Counted from the stretch's first letter, positions 20,087 to 30,100 are shown. The stretch is 64,000 bases of DNA from Actinomycetota bacterium (GCA_034667405.1 JAXDJX010000017.1:8245-72244); one strand, 5' to 3'. The notes: a model not told the origin generated them from the sequence alone. Made by a program: numbers and translations.

Positions 20087-20185
20087 GGTGTGTCCTCCCT
20101 CTTCTCGAGACGGCCAGACTCTAACCGCCCCAACATAGTCCTTCGCCCCGACTCCGGTAAGACCAGCGGGGCGTACGATGCGGCG

Positions 20186-21007
20186 ATGGAAGGCGTGATC
20201 GAGCTCGCTGACGGTGGCTCCCTGGCGTTCGAGGACGTCGGGGATGGCCCGGCGGTCACGCTGCTCCATCCAGGCCTCTGGGACCGGCGCACGTGGGATC
20301 CGCAGGTCGAGCCGCTCGTCGACGCGGGGTTCCGCGTGCTGAGGTACGACTTCCGCGGGTACGGCGGGTCGAGCAGGTTGCACGGCGAGCCCTACTCCAA
20401 TCCGCGTGACCTCGTGGCGCTGCTGGACGCCCTTGCTGTGGAGACCACCGCCCTCGTCGGCTGCTCGATGGGTGGTGGCGCCGCGATCGACACGACCATC
20501 GAGTTCCCGGGTCGCGTCTGGGCGCTCGCCGCGATCGCCTCGGCCCTCGGCGGGGTCGAGGAGACAAGCGAAGAGGAGACGTGGTGGGAGGACCGATGGC
20601 CTCCGATCGAGGAGGCGATGGAGGCGGGTGATCACGTCCGTGCCCGCGACCTCCAGCTCTCGTTGGTCTGGGCGCCGCTCGGCACCGAGAAGGGCGGAGG
20701 CGCGCTGATCCGTTCGATCTCGATGGACCACATCCACGAACTCACGATGGACGAGAGCGCGAGCGAGCAGCTGGACCCGCCCGCGCTCGGCCGCCTCGGG
20801 GAGATCAAGGTGCCGACGCTGGCCGTCCTGGCCGCGCACGATCCGCCATCCATCCGCCGATGCAGCGAGTTGATCGCCGCCGGCATCGAAGGTGCCAGGT
20901 TGGTCACCTTCGACGATGCGGATCACGTGGTGAGCCTGCGAACGCCGCCGAAACTGACCGAACTCCTGATCGGATTCCTCACGGAAGCGCGTCCGCCCGC
21001 GGGCTAG
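20186..21007 (+). CDS. Alpha/beta hydrolase fold protein
   Basis: HPGLWD oxyanion region. Nucleophile elbow GCSMGG. C-terminal DHV. 273 aa. Confidence 0.8.
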   Translation: MEGVIELADGGSLAFEDVGDGPAVTLLHPGLWDRRTWDPQVEPLVDAGFRVLRYDFRGYGGSSRLHGEPYSNPRDLVALLDALAVETTALVGCSMGGGAAIDTTIEFPGRVWALAAIASALGGVEETSEEETWWEDRWPPIEEAMEAGDHVRARDLQLSLVWAPLGTEKGGGALIRSISMDHIHELTMDESASEQLDPPALGRLGEIKVPTLAVLAAHDPPSIRRCSELIAAGIEGARLVTFDDADHVVSLRTPPKLTELLIGFLTEARPPAG

Positions 21008-21092
21008 GCGGCCGGGCGATCTCGAGCGCGCGAACCCGGAGTACGGCGTTCATAGGAGTGTGGGATCTGGTCCGGGTGGGTAACGCTCGGGC

Positions 21093-21260
21093 ATGTCTGA
21101 GCCTGGATCGGGTCCGAAAGAAGATCTGCATTGCGAAGTCTGCGGGCAGCTCATGGACGGCGAAGAGGAACGCGAGTCGCACATGAAGCAGGAGCACGGC
21201 GCGCCGGGTGGACAGCTCGCAACCCAGGACAACCTCGCAGGAGGACAAGCGCGCGATTGA
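21093..21260 (+). CDS. Possible small zinc-ribbon/C2H2-like protein (55 aa), absent from the ORF track
   Basis: ATG 21093 to TGA 21260. CEVCG...H(x)H: LHCEVCGQLMDGEEERESHMKQEHG. Weak RBS. Convergent with the large cyclase gene. Confidence 0.25.
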   Translation: MSEPGSGPKEDLHCEVCGQLMDGEEERESHMKQEHGAPGGQLATQDNLAGGQARD

Positions 21261-21349
21261 ATCGCTTCCCTCTGACACTCGACCCAGATTGTGTCGGGAA
21301 GTATCCTTGCGGATACGGGTGTGACGGAACCCCCGTAGGGGGAGAGCGG

Positions 21350-24300
21350 TCAGGCAGTGCCGAGCCGGTCGAGTCGTGCTCGCGTGCGCGCCACCAAGGG
21401 GAGGAGACCCTTCGCCTCGAAGCGGTCGAGCGCGGTGGTGAGCGCATCCGTGGCCCCTTGGGTGTCTCCCGCTGCCTCGAGCGTGTCCGCGACAAGGAGA
21501 AGGAAGATCCCCTCTTGCCAGGGCGCCCGGCGCTCCCGCATGTACTCGACGGCCGAACCGGCCGCCTCGGTCGCGGCGGCGATATCACCGACATTGAGTG
21601 CCATCACCGCCGATGCAGCGGCGGCGGCGGCGAAGGTGTCCACGTCGTCGGGCGACACAGCCTCTCTGGAGACCTCGAGATAGTGCTCGGCTTCCGCAGC
21701 CTCGTTCCGCATCGCTAGGTGCCAGGCAAGCAGGGCGGCGATCGTCGAGAGTCGGTTCTTCTCTCCCAGCCGGGCGAGTCCCTCCGTTCCGGCGCGCAAG
21801 ATGTTTTCGGCACGCCTGAAGTCACCGGCGAAGTCTTCGAGCAGGAAGCCCCCGAACGTCGGTACCGCGCTGGCGCCTCCGAGCTCTTCGAGCATCGTCT
21901 TCGCGCGTGATAGCAGGGCCCGCCCCTCATCGAACCGTCCTACCATCCCGAGTAGCGCTCCCAGGATGTTGAGCGTTGTGCCCTGTTGGCTGCGGTCGAG
22001 GGCGTCGCGGTACAGCAGGTCCTCGCATTCCTGGATGCCTTCGCTCGCCGGGATGGAACCCCAGAACCCCACGATGATCCTCCATACGAGCGCCTCGATC
22101 TCGCGTGCCTCATCTCCGGCCCGGCGGGCGAGCGCCGCTGCCTCCGCAGCCACGCCGGGAGCGATGTCCCGCGGCAACCAGTTGAGCCGGGCGAGGATCG
22201 CGGCGGAGGCGCCGGCGAAGTCGCCGGATGCGATGAGCGCCGCCTGAAGTTCTTCGGACTCTGCGATGAACGCGGTATCGGTGAGATCGGTGTCCAGCCG
22301 GTCTCGTACGTTGAGTGCGCCGATGCGGGCGTGGAGCTCCATCCGTTCCGCCCCGAGTGCGCGCGCCTGTTTGGCGAGCCCTGAGAACACTTCGTCGGCC
22401 TCGGCGAACGCCCCCGTCACCGTCAGGCCGGTACCGAGCCGGAGCTGCGTCTCGAGTTCCTCCTCATTCGCGGCGGGTCCCGTCAGTTCGACCGCACGGC
22501 GGAGGAGCTGCACTCCTCCGAGGGGGTCTCCGTGGGCGAGCGCCGCGCGACCGGCCCTGGAGTAGGCGACGGCGGCTTCCGCGGCGAGCGCGTCGACCTC
22601 GGGGCCCGACGATCCGAGCTCCACCCGATACGAGTGCGCACGCTCGAAGTGGTACGCGATGATCGCGTCCAAACCCGCGGGTTCGTCGGAGCGGGCGCCG
22701 AGCCAACGCGCCAGGCGTTCGTGTAGATCCGCACGTGTCTGCTTGGGAAGGGAATCGTAGGAGGTGTCGCGGATGAGCTGATGGCGGAACCGGAAGGCTT
22801 CATCCCCCGTGAATTCCGCTCGCTCGGGCCGGATCATCTCCTTGCGAACCAGCGACCGGATCGGCTCCCGGATCGTTCCTTCGCTCATCTCGGGCGCGAG
22901 CGCCGTCACGCTGCCAACGTGGAAGAGTTTGCCCTCGATCGAACCGCGATCCATCACGGTTCGTTCATCGCGGCCGAGGCGATCCAGGCGCGCGGCGATC
23001 AGCGTCTGGATGGTCGCCGGGACAGCGACGTTCGAGAGATCCTGGGTGACGACCCAGTCCTCCCCTTCCTTCCGGATGAGCCCATCGTCGAGGAGCATCG
23101 CGAGCATCTCCTCCACGAAGAGTGGATTCCCCTCTGCGGCGGACGCGATGCGCTCGCGGGCGCCATCCGGCAGGGCGCCTCCGAGTAGGCCGTCGACCAA
23201 GAGCTCGGAGTCGGCGGCAGAGAGCGGCTCGAGGAGGATCGAGATGGAGTTCGCTTTCCCCCCGCCCCAGTTCGGGCGTTCGTCGAGCAGCTCGGGCCGG
23301 GCCGAACAGAGGAAGAGGATCGGGGCTTCCCTCGTGCTGTCGACGAGATACTCGACGAGATCGAGCAACGTCGGTTCTGCCCAGTGGATGTCGTCGAGGA
23401 CCAGCACGAGGGGAGATTCCATGGCCCTGTATTGGAGGAATGTGCGAAGTGCCCAGAAGCCGTCCTGCTGCGTGCTCGGCTCCGGCGAGAGGCCCACCAG
23501 CCCCGCGAGCGCACCGGCGATCGCCTCGGCCTCTTCGGCCCCCACTAGCGAGGCGCGCAACGCACCGACCGCATCCTCGGGCGGCGCAGGTTGATCGGCG
23601 CTAACCATCGAGCGCACGAGTTCCTCTATGGCCCAGAACGTGATCCCGTCGCCGTAGGACAGGCAGTGACCACGGTGCACCTGCGCCCCTTCAACGCCCG
23701 AAACGAATTCCTCGATGAGCCGGCTTTTGCCGACCCCAGGTGAGCCCAGCACCGTGAACAGTTGGCACGCCTTGTCGACCGCGGCCGCCTCGTAGGCGTC
23801 TCGGAGTGTCCGCAACTGACGGGCGCGTCCGACCATCGGCGCATCCAGATGCCGTTCCCGCCCGGCGGCAGCACGGCGGATGGAGATGAGCCGGAACGCG
23901 GGGACGGGTTCGGACTTGCCTTTAAGCGCCAAGGGCTCGACCGCTTCAACCTCAACGGCATCGCGCGTCAGGGTGTGGGTGCTCACGCCGAGGAGGATCT
24001 CTCCCGGGGCAGCAGCCTGCTCCAGCCTCGCTGCGACGTTGACCGTGTCGCCCGTGACGAACCGCTCGCGCGCGGCCACATCCCCCGCAACGACCTCGCC
24101 GGTGTTGACGCCGGTACGCGTGAGGATCGAGACGTCGTGCTCTGCCTGAAGTCGCTCGTTGAGCGCCTTGAGCGTTTCACGCATCTCGATCGCCGCTCTC
24201 ACCGCGCGGAGCGAGTCGTCTTCGCGCAGGACTGGAACACCGAAGACCGCCATAACCGCATCGCCGATGAACTTTTCGACGATTCCACCGTGGTGTTCGA

Positions 24301-24520
24301 TGACGGCCTGCATGGCATCGAAGTAGCGACCCATGATCCCGCGAAGGGTCTCGGGATCGAGCTGCTCGCCCATGGCCGTCGATCCGGTGACATCGGTGAA
24401 AACCACCGTGACGATCTTCCGTTGCTCGTCCACCGGGGCGGTTTCCGCTGGGGTCCCGCAGAACTGACAGAACCTCGCGTCGTCGGCGATGGGGCGTCCG
24501 CAATTCGAGCAGGATCGCAT
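21350..24520 (-). CDS. Multidomain signalling protein: N-terminal zinc ribbon + class III adenylate/guanylate cyclase + AAA/STAND P-loop ATPase + C-terminal TPR-like helical repeats
   Basis: CSNCGRPIADDARFCQFCG ribbon. Cyclase core VTVVFTDVTGSTA...FIGDAVMAVFG. Walker A GSPGVGKSRL. Long alpha-helical repeat C-terminus. No LuxR HTH. Confidence 0.85.
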   Translation of the reverse strand: MRSCSNCGRPIADDARFCQFCGTPAETAPVDEQRKIVTVVFTDVTGSTAMGEQLDPETLRGIMGRYFDAMQAVIEHHGGIVEKFIGDAVMAVFGVPVLREDDSLRAVRAAIEMRETLKALNERLQAEHDVSILTRTGVNTGEVVAGDVAARERFVTGDTVNVAARLEQAAAPGEILLGVSTHTLTRDAVEVEAVEPLALKGKSEPVPAFRLISIRRAAAGRERHLDAPMVGRARQLRTLRDAYEAAAVDKACQLFTVLGSPGVGKSRLIEEFVSGVEGAQVHRGHCLSYGDGITFWAIEELVRSMVSADQPAPPEDAVGALRASLVGAEEAEAIAGALAGLVGLSPEPSTQQDGFWALRTFLQYRAMESPLVLVLDDIHWAEPTLLDLVEYLVDSTREAPILFLCSARPELLDERPNWGGGKANSISILLEPLSAADSELLVDGLLGGALPDGARERIASAAEGNPLFVEEMLAMLLDDGLIRKEGEDWVVTQDLSNVAVPATIQTLIAARLDRLGRDERTVMDRGSIEGKLFHVGSVTALAPEMSEGTIREPIRSLVRKEMIRPERAEFTGDEAFRFRHQLIRDTSYDSLPKQTRADLHERLARWLGARSDEPAGLDAIIAYHFERAHSYRVELGSSGPEVDALAAEAAVAYSRAGRAALAHGDPLGGVQLLRRAVELTGPAANEEELETQLRLGTGLTVTGAFAEADEVFSGLAKQARALGAERMELHARIGALNVRDRLDTDLTDTAFIAESEELQAALIASGDFAGASAAILARLNWLPRDIAPGVAAEAAALARRAGDEAREIEALVWRIIVGFWGSIPASEGIQECEDLLYRDALDRSQQGTTLNILGALLGMVGRFDEGRALLSRAKTMLEELGGASAVPTFGGFLLEDFAGDFRRAENILRAGTEGLARLGEKNRLSTIAALLAWHLAMRNEAAEAEHYLEVSREAVSPDDVDTFAAAAAASAVMALNVGDIAAATEAAGSAVEYMRERRAPWQEGIFLLLVADTLEAAGDTQGATDALTTALDRFEAKGLLPLVARTRARLDRLGTA

Positions 24521-24593
24521 CGCGACAGTCTAGGAGGCGGGCCTGATACGCGGGCGCTCTGCGGACCGGGGAAGTGGCAGAGTCCGACGGCCG

Positions 24594-25310
24594 TTATGCC
24601 GCTGGACAGCTCGGCCCGTGATCGGTGAGGATGACGGTGAACTGACCCTTGTCCATGAAGGGCTCCAGTGCGGGGAACGACAGGGACGACGCATCGACTC
24701 CGTTGACGGACCCCGTGATCGCGCCTCCTTCCCTCCAGATCTGGTGAGCGAGCCAATTCGCGGTTGAGCATCGATCCGCGGTATGCGTTCCCCACGGGAT
24801 CCCCGCCTCGTCAATCGGCCCGTCGAACCCAGCAACGTGGAGCGGCGCCTGACTCATATCCCAATGCAGGTCCAGTGACAGGATGGAGCCGTCATCCATC
24901 GGGACGTTGGCCGCGACCGATGCGCGCAACAGGCGTGCCGTATCGAGGCTGCCTGGGACGCCTTGGAGGAGCCCCTGGCGGAACGACAACTCCTCCACGA
25001 CATCGGGCGCGTGGAACACGTAGCGGTCTTCGCTCACGTACAAGCTCCACGGAACCCGCCGGGCGGGCATCGAGTTGACCCCCGCGTGCGGGATGAGGCG
25101 AGACTCCTGGTAATACAAGACGAAGTAGTCGGAGCACACGACCTCGATCGGTGTGGGGCCGTACCACGGACACGTCGACGACAGGATTTCAGCCGCACCA
25201 GTCACATGCGCGTGGTAGCTCAGCGTGTTCGCCGCGAGAGCGCTCGGAGTCGAGGTCGAGACCAGAACCAGCGTTATCACTGCGAAGATCGATCGCCGAG
25301 CCATCTCCAC
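24594..25310 (-). CDS. Secreted hypothetical protein (signal peptide)
   Basis: N-terminal MARRSIFAVITLVLVSTSTPSALA signal. No recognisable domain. Confidence 0.5.
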   Translation of the reverse strand: MEMARRSIFAVITLVLVSTSTPSALAANTLSYHAHVTGAAEILSSTCPWYGPTPIEVVCSDYFVLYYQESRLIPHAGVNSMPARRVPWSLYVSEDRYVFHAPDVVEELSFRQGLLQGVPGSLDTARLLRASVAANVPMDDGSILSLDLHWDMSQAPLHVAGFDGPIDEAGIPWGTHTADRCSTANWLAHQIWREGGAITGSVNGVDASSLSFPALEPFMDKGQFTVILTDHGPSCPAA

Positions 25311-25345
25311 CCCTTCCCGAAGGTTGCGCGATTTTCCACCCTCAC

Positions 25346-26755
25346 ATGCTCACGGCGCAAGGCAGCTTGCCTCCCGAGAGGGCCGGGGGCGATGATGCGC
25401 CCGTGGAGTTGCCGAGAACCCGGTACGCCCAGAGCGCCGATGGCACCTACATCGCCTACCAGGTCTTCGGCGACGGCCCAGATCTGCTACTTGCGTGGCC
25501 CTGGATCTCCCACCTGGAACTCGCCTGGGAGGATCCGGATCAGGCTCACTGGCTCCGCGGCCTCGCTCGGTTCGCCCGAGTCATCAGCTTGGACCAGCGG
25601 GGCATCGGCCTGTCCGACCGGATGACCCAGGAGATCGACCTTGAGACACGCGTCGATGACGTGCGGGCCGTCCTGGATGCGGCCGGAAGTCAGCGGCCGA
25701 CACTGTATGGGCAGGGGCTCGACGGCGGAGCGATCTGCGCGATGTTCGCGGCCACGTTCCCCGAGCGAACGGCCGGCTTGCTCCTGTGGTATGGCCAGGC
25801 GAGCGGGACCCGCGATGCCGACTATCCCTGGGCCGCATCGGCTGAGGAGAACGAGGAGTTCAGCAAGCTCATCGCCGCAACGTGGGGTGATGAGGACCTC
25901 ACCGGACCCCTTCTATCGGCTGCCGGCGCCCCGTCGCATGCGAACGATCCTGCAGCGAGGAGACGTTGGGCTCGGTTCATGCGGCACGCCGCGAGCAGGG
26001 GCGACGCCCTGGTTCACGAGCGGATGTTCGACCAGACCGATTATCGAGGCATCCTGCCTTCTCTCCACGTGCCAACGACGATCCTGCAGCCCGAAGACGA
26101 AGGCTTGCCCGCAGCTGAATGGATGGCGTCCCAGATCCCCGGCGCCAAGCTGGTGCGGCTACCCGCCGCCCCGGACTTCCCGCCCGGCTTCAGCAACCCG
26201 GCTGAGAATCTGGAAGCCACCCGTTCGTTCCTGTCCGATCTCAGTGAGCAGGAGGCCGAACTCGACCGAGTGCTCGCGACAGTGCTCTTCACCGACATCG
26301 TGGATTCGACTGCAACGGCGGCGAGCATCGGTGACCGAGCCTGGAGTGAAATGATCGAACGCCACCACGCGCTTGTTCGGGGTTCCCTCGGCCGCTTCAG
26401 GGGCGTGGAGGTCGATACAGCCGGCGATGGGTTCTTCGCCACGTTCGACGGTCCGGGACGGGCCGTGCGTTGCGCCCAACACATCATCGACGCCGTCCGC
26501 CCACTGGGCATCGAGATCCGCGCCGGTGTGCACACAGGTGAGTGCCGGATCATCGATGGCAAGATCGGCGGTCTCGGCGTGGTGATCGGCGCCCGGATCG
26601 GTTCCAAGGCCGAACCGAACCAAGTCCTCGTTTCCCAAACGGTCAAAGACCTAACCGCCGGTTCCGGCCTCTCTTTCGCAGACACCGGCCAGCATGAACT
26701 CAGGGGCGTCCCCGAGCGCTGGCATCTTTACCGAGCGGTGAGTAGTCCCACGTAG
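25346..26755 (+). CDS. Alpha/beta-hydrolase (Asp-nucleophile type) fused to class III adenylate/guanylate cyclase domain
   Basis: Hydrolase half has G-L-D-G-G in the nucleophile-elbow position (LYGQGLDGGAICAMFAA). C-terminal cyclase core LATVLFTDIVDSTA...GDGFFATFDGPGRAVRCAQ. LipJ/Rv1900c-like architecture. Confidence 0.8.
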   Translation: MLTAQGSLPPERAGGDDAPVELPRTRYAQSADGTYIAYQVFGDGPDLLLAWPWISHLELAWEDPDQAHWLRGLARFARVISLDQRGIGLSDRMTQEIDLETRVDDVRAVLDAAGSQRPTLYGQGLDGGAICAMFAATFPERTAGLLLWYGQASGTRDADYPWAASAEENEEFSKLIAATWGDEDLTGPLLSAAGAPSHANDPAARRRWARFMRHAASRGDALVHERMFDQTDYRGILPSLHVPTTILQPEDEGLPAAEWMASQIPGAKLVRLPAAPDFPPGFSNPAENLEATRSFLSDLSEQEAELDRVLATVLFTDIVDSTATAASIGDRAWSEMIERHHALVRGSLGRFRGVEVDTAGDGFFATFDGPGRAVRCAQHIIDAVRPLGIEIRAGVHTGECRIIDGKIGGLGVVIGARIGSKAEPNQVLVSQTVKDLTAGSGLSFADTGQHELRGVPERWHLYRAVSSPT

Positions 26756-26918
26756 GCACACCCTGAAGGCTCGGCAGTCGGAGTGGCGTTCGAGCCGTTC
26801 GATCTGCCTGCCTCAGCAATCGTGACAGCGCGGCGACACGTAGTTCGGAACACGGTCAACCCTGCTCGCACAACAGGCGTGGACCAACCGGGTCCTGCCT
26901 GGCAGCTGAAGTCGCGGA

Positions 26919-27726
26919 TCAGTTCTGAGAGCCGCCGCCACTCGTGTCGCTTCCGCCCTCAGACGACCCACCGGATCCACCTTGAGAATCGCCGGATCCG
27001 CCGCCATCACTCGTTGATCCGCCGCCTTCCCCGGACGATCCGCCCGACCCACCCTGCGAGTCACCGGTCCCACCGCCGTCACCGGATGATCCTCCGGATC
27101 CGCCCTGGGAGTCGCCGGATCCACTGCCGTCACCCGATGCTCCGCCACCGCCTCCGGACGACCCTCCCGAGCCTTGGGCGTCCCCGCCGCCGCCGCCACC
27201 GGAGTTGTGGCCACCGCTCGGCGTCCTATTGCCATCATCGTGCGAGCCGGTAGGCCCGGGGGACGGATTCTCGGTGGGCGGGGACGGCTTCTCCGGCGGA
27301 GGGGTCAACCGCACGGGCGGCTGGGGAGCGGAGTGGTCTGTGCCGCCGAAGACGTGTGCGACACGGTGGACGGCCTCACCGACCTGGGCTCGCACCCCGG
27401 GCGAGGCCGCGAAGGCCGCGGCGCCGCTCAGCACTACGACGGCCGCCGCCGCGATCAGTGGCCTCCGGAGCAGCTGTCCAACACGTCCCGCGACATCGGA
27501 GGGCATCCGAAGCGGCGTCACGCTCGCCGGCATCCGGTCTGGGAGCTGTGCCTGCAGGGCGGCACGCCGCGTATCGAGGAGGCCTGCGGGCAGGGAGATA
27601 TCGCTCGAGAGTCGGTCGTAGAGCGACAGCAGTGCGTGGATGTCGACGTCCGGATGTCGCGCGGACAGCTCGGCGGCTGCAAGCTCGCCGGCGTCCCAAC
27701 GCGCGAGGTCTGCTTCGAGGGTCATG
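26919..27726 (-). CDS. Putative anti-sigma factor: cytoplasmic N-domain, one TM helix, extracytoplasmic Pro-rich then Gly/Ser/Asp-rich repetitive tail
   Basis: ATG at 27726 overlaps the stop of the upstream ECF sigma gene. TM LIAAAAVVVLSGAAAFAA. Tail is about 90 aa of GDSQGGSGGSSG(D/E)GGG repeats. Confidence 0.55.
26930..27190. repeat. Imperfect tandem repeats of about 54-60 bp encoding the Gly/Ser/Asp-rich tail of the anti-sigma-like protein
   Basis: Repeated gatccgcc.../ccggatgatcc...ccctgggagtcgcc units visible in the sequence. The protein repeats GDSQGGSGGSSGxGGG five times. Confidence 0.55.
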
Positions 27727-28255
27727 CGTCTTCCTCCATGAAGCCGTGCAGCGCGACGAGGGCACGCCACTGCTTCGCGTTGACGGCGCCGGGCGTGATC
27801 CCGAGCAGGGATGCGACCTCCGGGTTCCGCATGCCTATGAGGAACTTCATCTCGATGACCTGCCGCTGTTCAGTGGGAAGTTTCCCCATCGCCTCGGCGA
27901 TCGCCAGGCGGTCGTCCTTCGGTTCTTCGACCCCCCGCTCGGGCAGGTCGGCCTCCGGGCGGGTCCGGTTGCTCCGGGCCATCTCGTCCCACACCACGTG
28001 CCGGGCGATGCCGTAGAGCCAGGAGACGAAGGGGGCGCCCGTCGCGCGGTAGCGTGGGAGGGCGACCCAGGCGCGCACGAATACCTCGGCGACCACATCG
28101 TCGGGATCCCCGCGCAGCGAGAACCGCGCCATGCGGGCGACCCGCGCCCGGTGCAGCAGGTAGAGCTGTCCGAACGCATCCTTGTCTCCGTCTTTCGCTC
28201 GCGCCACGAGGTCATCGACCGCCTCGTGAGGGATCAGCTCAGCGTGGGTCTCCAT
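27722..28255 (-). CDS. ECF (sigma-70 family) RNA polymerase sigma factor
   Basis: Region 2 (FGQLYLLHRARVARMARF..., WLYGIARHVVWDE) and region 4 (LPTEQRQVIEMKFLIGMRNPEVASLLGITPGAV). ATG chosen at 28255. Confidence 0.8.
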   Translation of the reverse strand: METHAELIPHEAVDDLVARAKDGDKDAFGQLYLLHRARVARMARFSLRGDPDDVVAEVFVRAWVALPRYRATGAPFVSWLYGIARHVVWDEMARSNRTRPEADLPERGVEEPKDDRLAIAEAMGKLPTEQRQVIEMKFLIGMRNPEVASLLGITPGAVNAKQWRALVALHGFMEEDA

Positions 28256-28596
28256 AGGTACATCGCTCGAACGGCTGCCGATGCTCGTTCGACGTCGGAT
28301 CCCGCTCGCGATGACCGGATCGTTGTGCATGCCCAGTCGGTATCGGCATCCGGCGCTGTTCGGATGAGTGCGGGAAGGGGGATCAGACCCTTGAGGACCA
28401 ATGGCGAGGTCCCATCCGGCGAAAGACCGAGTCGAGAATCACCCGCACGCCCGCGTACATCCGGGCCCCATGCGCCTATCCACCATCGAGGGATGAAGTT
28501 CCTCGACAAGGGCGAACCCGTCGTGAGGCGGGGGCGCAAAGCGAGAGGCCTCGGGAACGGCCCGAGGTGGCTCAGCTACCGAAAGGAGCGCAGGCT

Positions 28597-29205
28597 ATGT
28601 ATTCGAGGTCACTCTTAGGCGGGCGCGCGATGCGGCTCTTCGCCGTGGTCGTGCTCGCAGGGTTCTACAGCTTCGTCCGGATGGGCGTGGGTATGGCGCA
28701 ACCGGCGCATGCGCAGAGCTCGCATACGTCAACTCAGACGTGCAACGGCCTCGCTGCCACGATCGTCGGCACCCGCGGCAACGATCACCTGGTCGGGACC
28801 CAGGGCAACGACGTGATCGTCGCTCGCGGCGGACGCGACGTCGTGAAAGGCGAAGGCGGTAGTGACGTGATCTGCGGCGGAGACGGTTCGGACAAGCTGC
28901 TCGGCGGAGCTGGAAACGACACGATCTCCGGTGGTGGCGGCTCGGACACCATCGAAGGTGACGGCGGGAGCGACGACCTCCAGGGCGACCAGGGCGACGA
29001 CGACCTGCAAGGGGATGACGGAGACGACAACCTAGACGGCGGCTCGGGAAGCGACTCCGAAGACGGCGGTTCGGGAGACGACACCGCTGAGTGCAACGTC
29101 ACCGCCACGGAAGACGACGACTGTCAGGGTGACGAGAACGATCAGGGCGACAACTCCCAGGGTGACTCGCAGGGAAGCGACAGTCTCCTGGTGCGGGGCT
29201 TCTGA
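28597..29205 (+). CDS. Secreted calcium-binding repeat protein (RTX/hemolysin-type GGxGxD nonapeptide-like repeats; acidic Asp/Gly-rich C-terminus)
   Basis: AAAGGAG RBS then ATG. Signal peptide. Repeats GTRGNDHLVGTQGNDVIVARGGRDVVKGEGGSDVICGGDGSDKLLGGAGNDTISGGGGSDTIEGDGGSDDL. Confidence 0.65.
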   Translation: MYSRSLLGGRAMRLFAVVVLAGFYSFVRMGVGMAQPAHAQSSHTSTQTCNGLAATIVGTRGNDHLVGTQGNDVIVARGGRDVVKGEGGSDVICGGDGSDKLLGGAGNDTISGGGGSDTIEGDGGSDDLQGDQGDDDLQGDDGDDNLDGGSGSDSEDGGSGDDTAECNVTATEDDDCQGDENDQGDNSQGDSQGSDSLLVRGF

Positions 29206-29512
29206 CCCATCAAGAGATAGGAACCCCGGGGCGCCCCTCCCCGCGAGGAAGGGACGGCGAGAGCCGTCCCTTCCGTCTGTTCTGCTCCCACACACTAACG
29301 GCGGGAGGCACTGCGGCTCTTTCCACCACCATCGCGAGCGTCGAGGCGCGCGAGATCCATCGCCATCGAGGGTACGGAAGGGGCCTAAGATGCGTCCTCC
29401 GTTTGAGCTACTGAGCGGTCTACGGATATAAGACGGCCTGAGCCTCCGGTGGCCAGCGGCGCATCGGAACGACGCCCCAGTTTGCGGCAAAGGTAAACCT
29501 CTCGAGGCCCTC

Positions 29513-30100
29513 GTGCGAGTGACCTATCGACAGAGGAAGATACGCCCCAGGGTCGTCACCATCGCGAGGAGCAGGCTCGTGCTCGAGCCGTCACAGTCAG
29601 CGTCCGATGAGCCACCGCGGGCGTTCGAGGACTTCTACATGGAGGAGTACGCCGCCGTGGTGGGCCTTGCGTACGCGCTGTGCGGCAGCCGATCGGGCGC
29701 TGAGGACCTCGCGCAGGAGGCCTTCCTTGCGTCGCACCGAAACTGGCAGCGCATCGGCCTGTACGAGCAACCTGGCGCCTGGGTTCGACGGGTCGTCGCT
29801 AACCTCTCCGTCTCGGCCGTCAGACGGAGGGTGTCCGAGGCGAAGGCTCTCGCGCGCGTGGCCGCTTTCGGGGAGCGAACAGTGATTCCAGATCTCGCGG
29901 CGGGAGACCCGGAGTTCTGGGCGGCGGTCCGCTCACTTCCCCGCCGGCAGGCACAGGTGGTCGCCCTCTTCTATCTGGAGGATCGAGCAATCGCCGATGT
30001 GGCCGCGATCCTCGACATGGCGCCGGGCACCGTTAAGCGGCACCTCCATGATGGGCGTCGGACGCTCGCACGTCGTCTGCACGAGGAGGATGTTGAGTGA
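29513..30100 (+). CDS. ECF sigma factor
   Basis: Region 2 (FEDFYMEEYAAVVGLAYALCGSRSGAEDLAQEAFLASHRNW) and region 4 (LPRRQAQVVALFYLEDRAIADVAAILDMAPGTVKRHLH). Start uncertain: GTG 29513, or an internal GTG after an AGGAG about 70 nt downstream. Confidence 0.75.
   Translation: MRVTYRQRKIRPRVVTIARSRLVLEPSQSASDEPPRAFEDFYMEEYAAVVGLAYALCGSRSGAEDLAQEAFLASHRNWQRIGLYEQPGAWVRRVVANLSVSAVRRRVSEAKALARVAAFGERTVIPDLAAGDPEFWAAVRSLPRRQAQVVALFYLEDRAIADVAAILDMAPGTVKRHLHDGRRTLARRLHEEDVE

Noticed and set aside
18722-20185. N-terminal 490 codons of the 761-aa ORF 18722-21007
   Set aside because: Overlaps the L,D-transpeptidase (other frame) and the SnoaL-like gene (antisense). Only the C-terminal 273 aa (from ATG 20186) form a coherent alpha/beta hydrolase.
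26783-27253. ORFs antisense or alternative to the Gly/Ser repeat region
   Set aside because: Arise from the repetitive GC-rich tail of the anti-sigma-like gene. His/Arg-rich nonsense translation.
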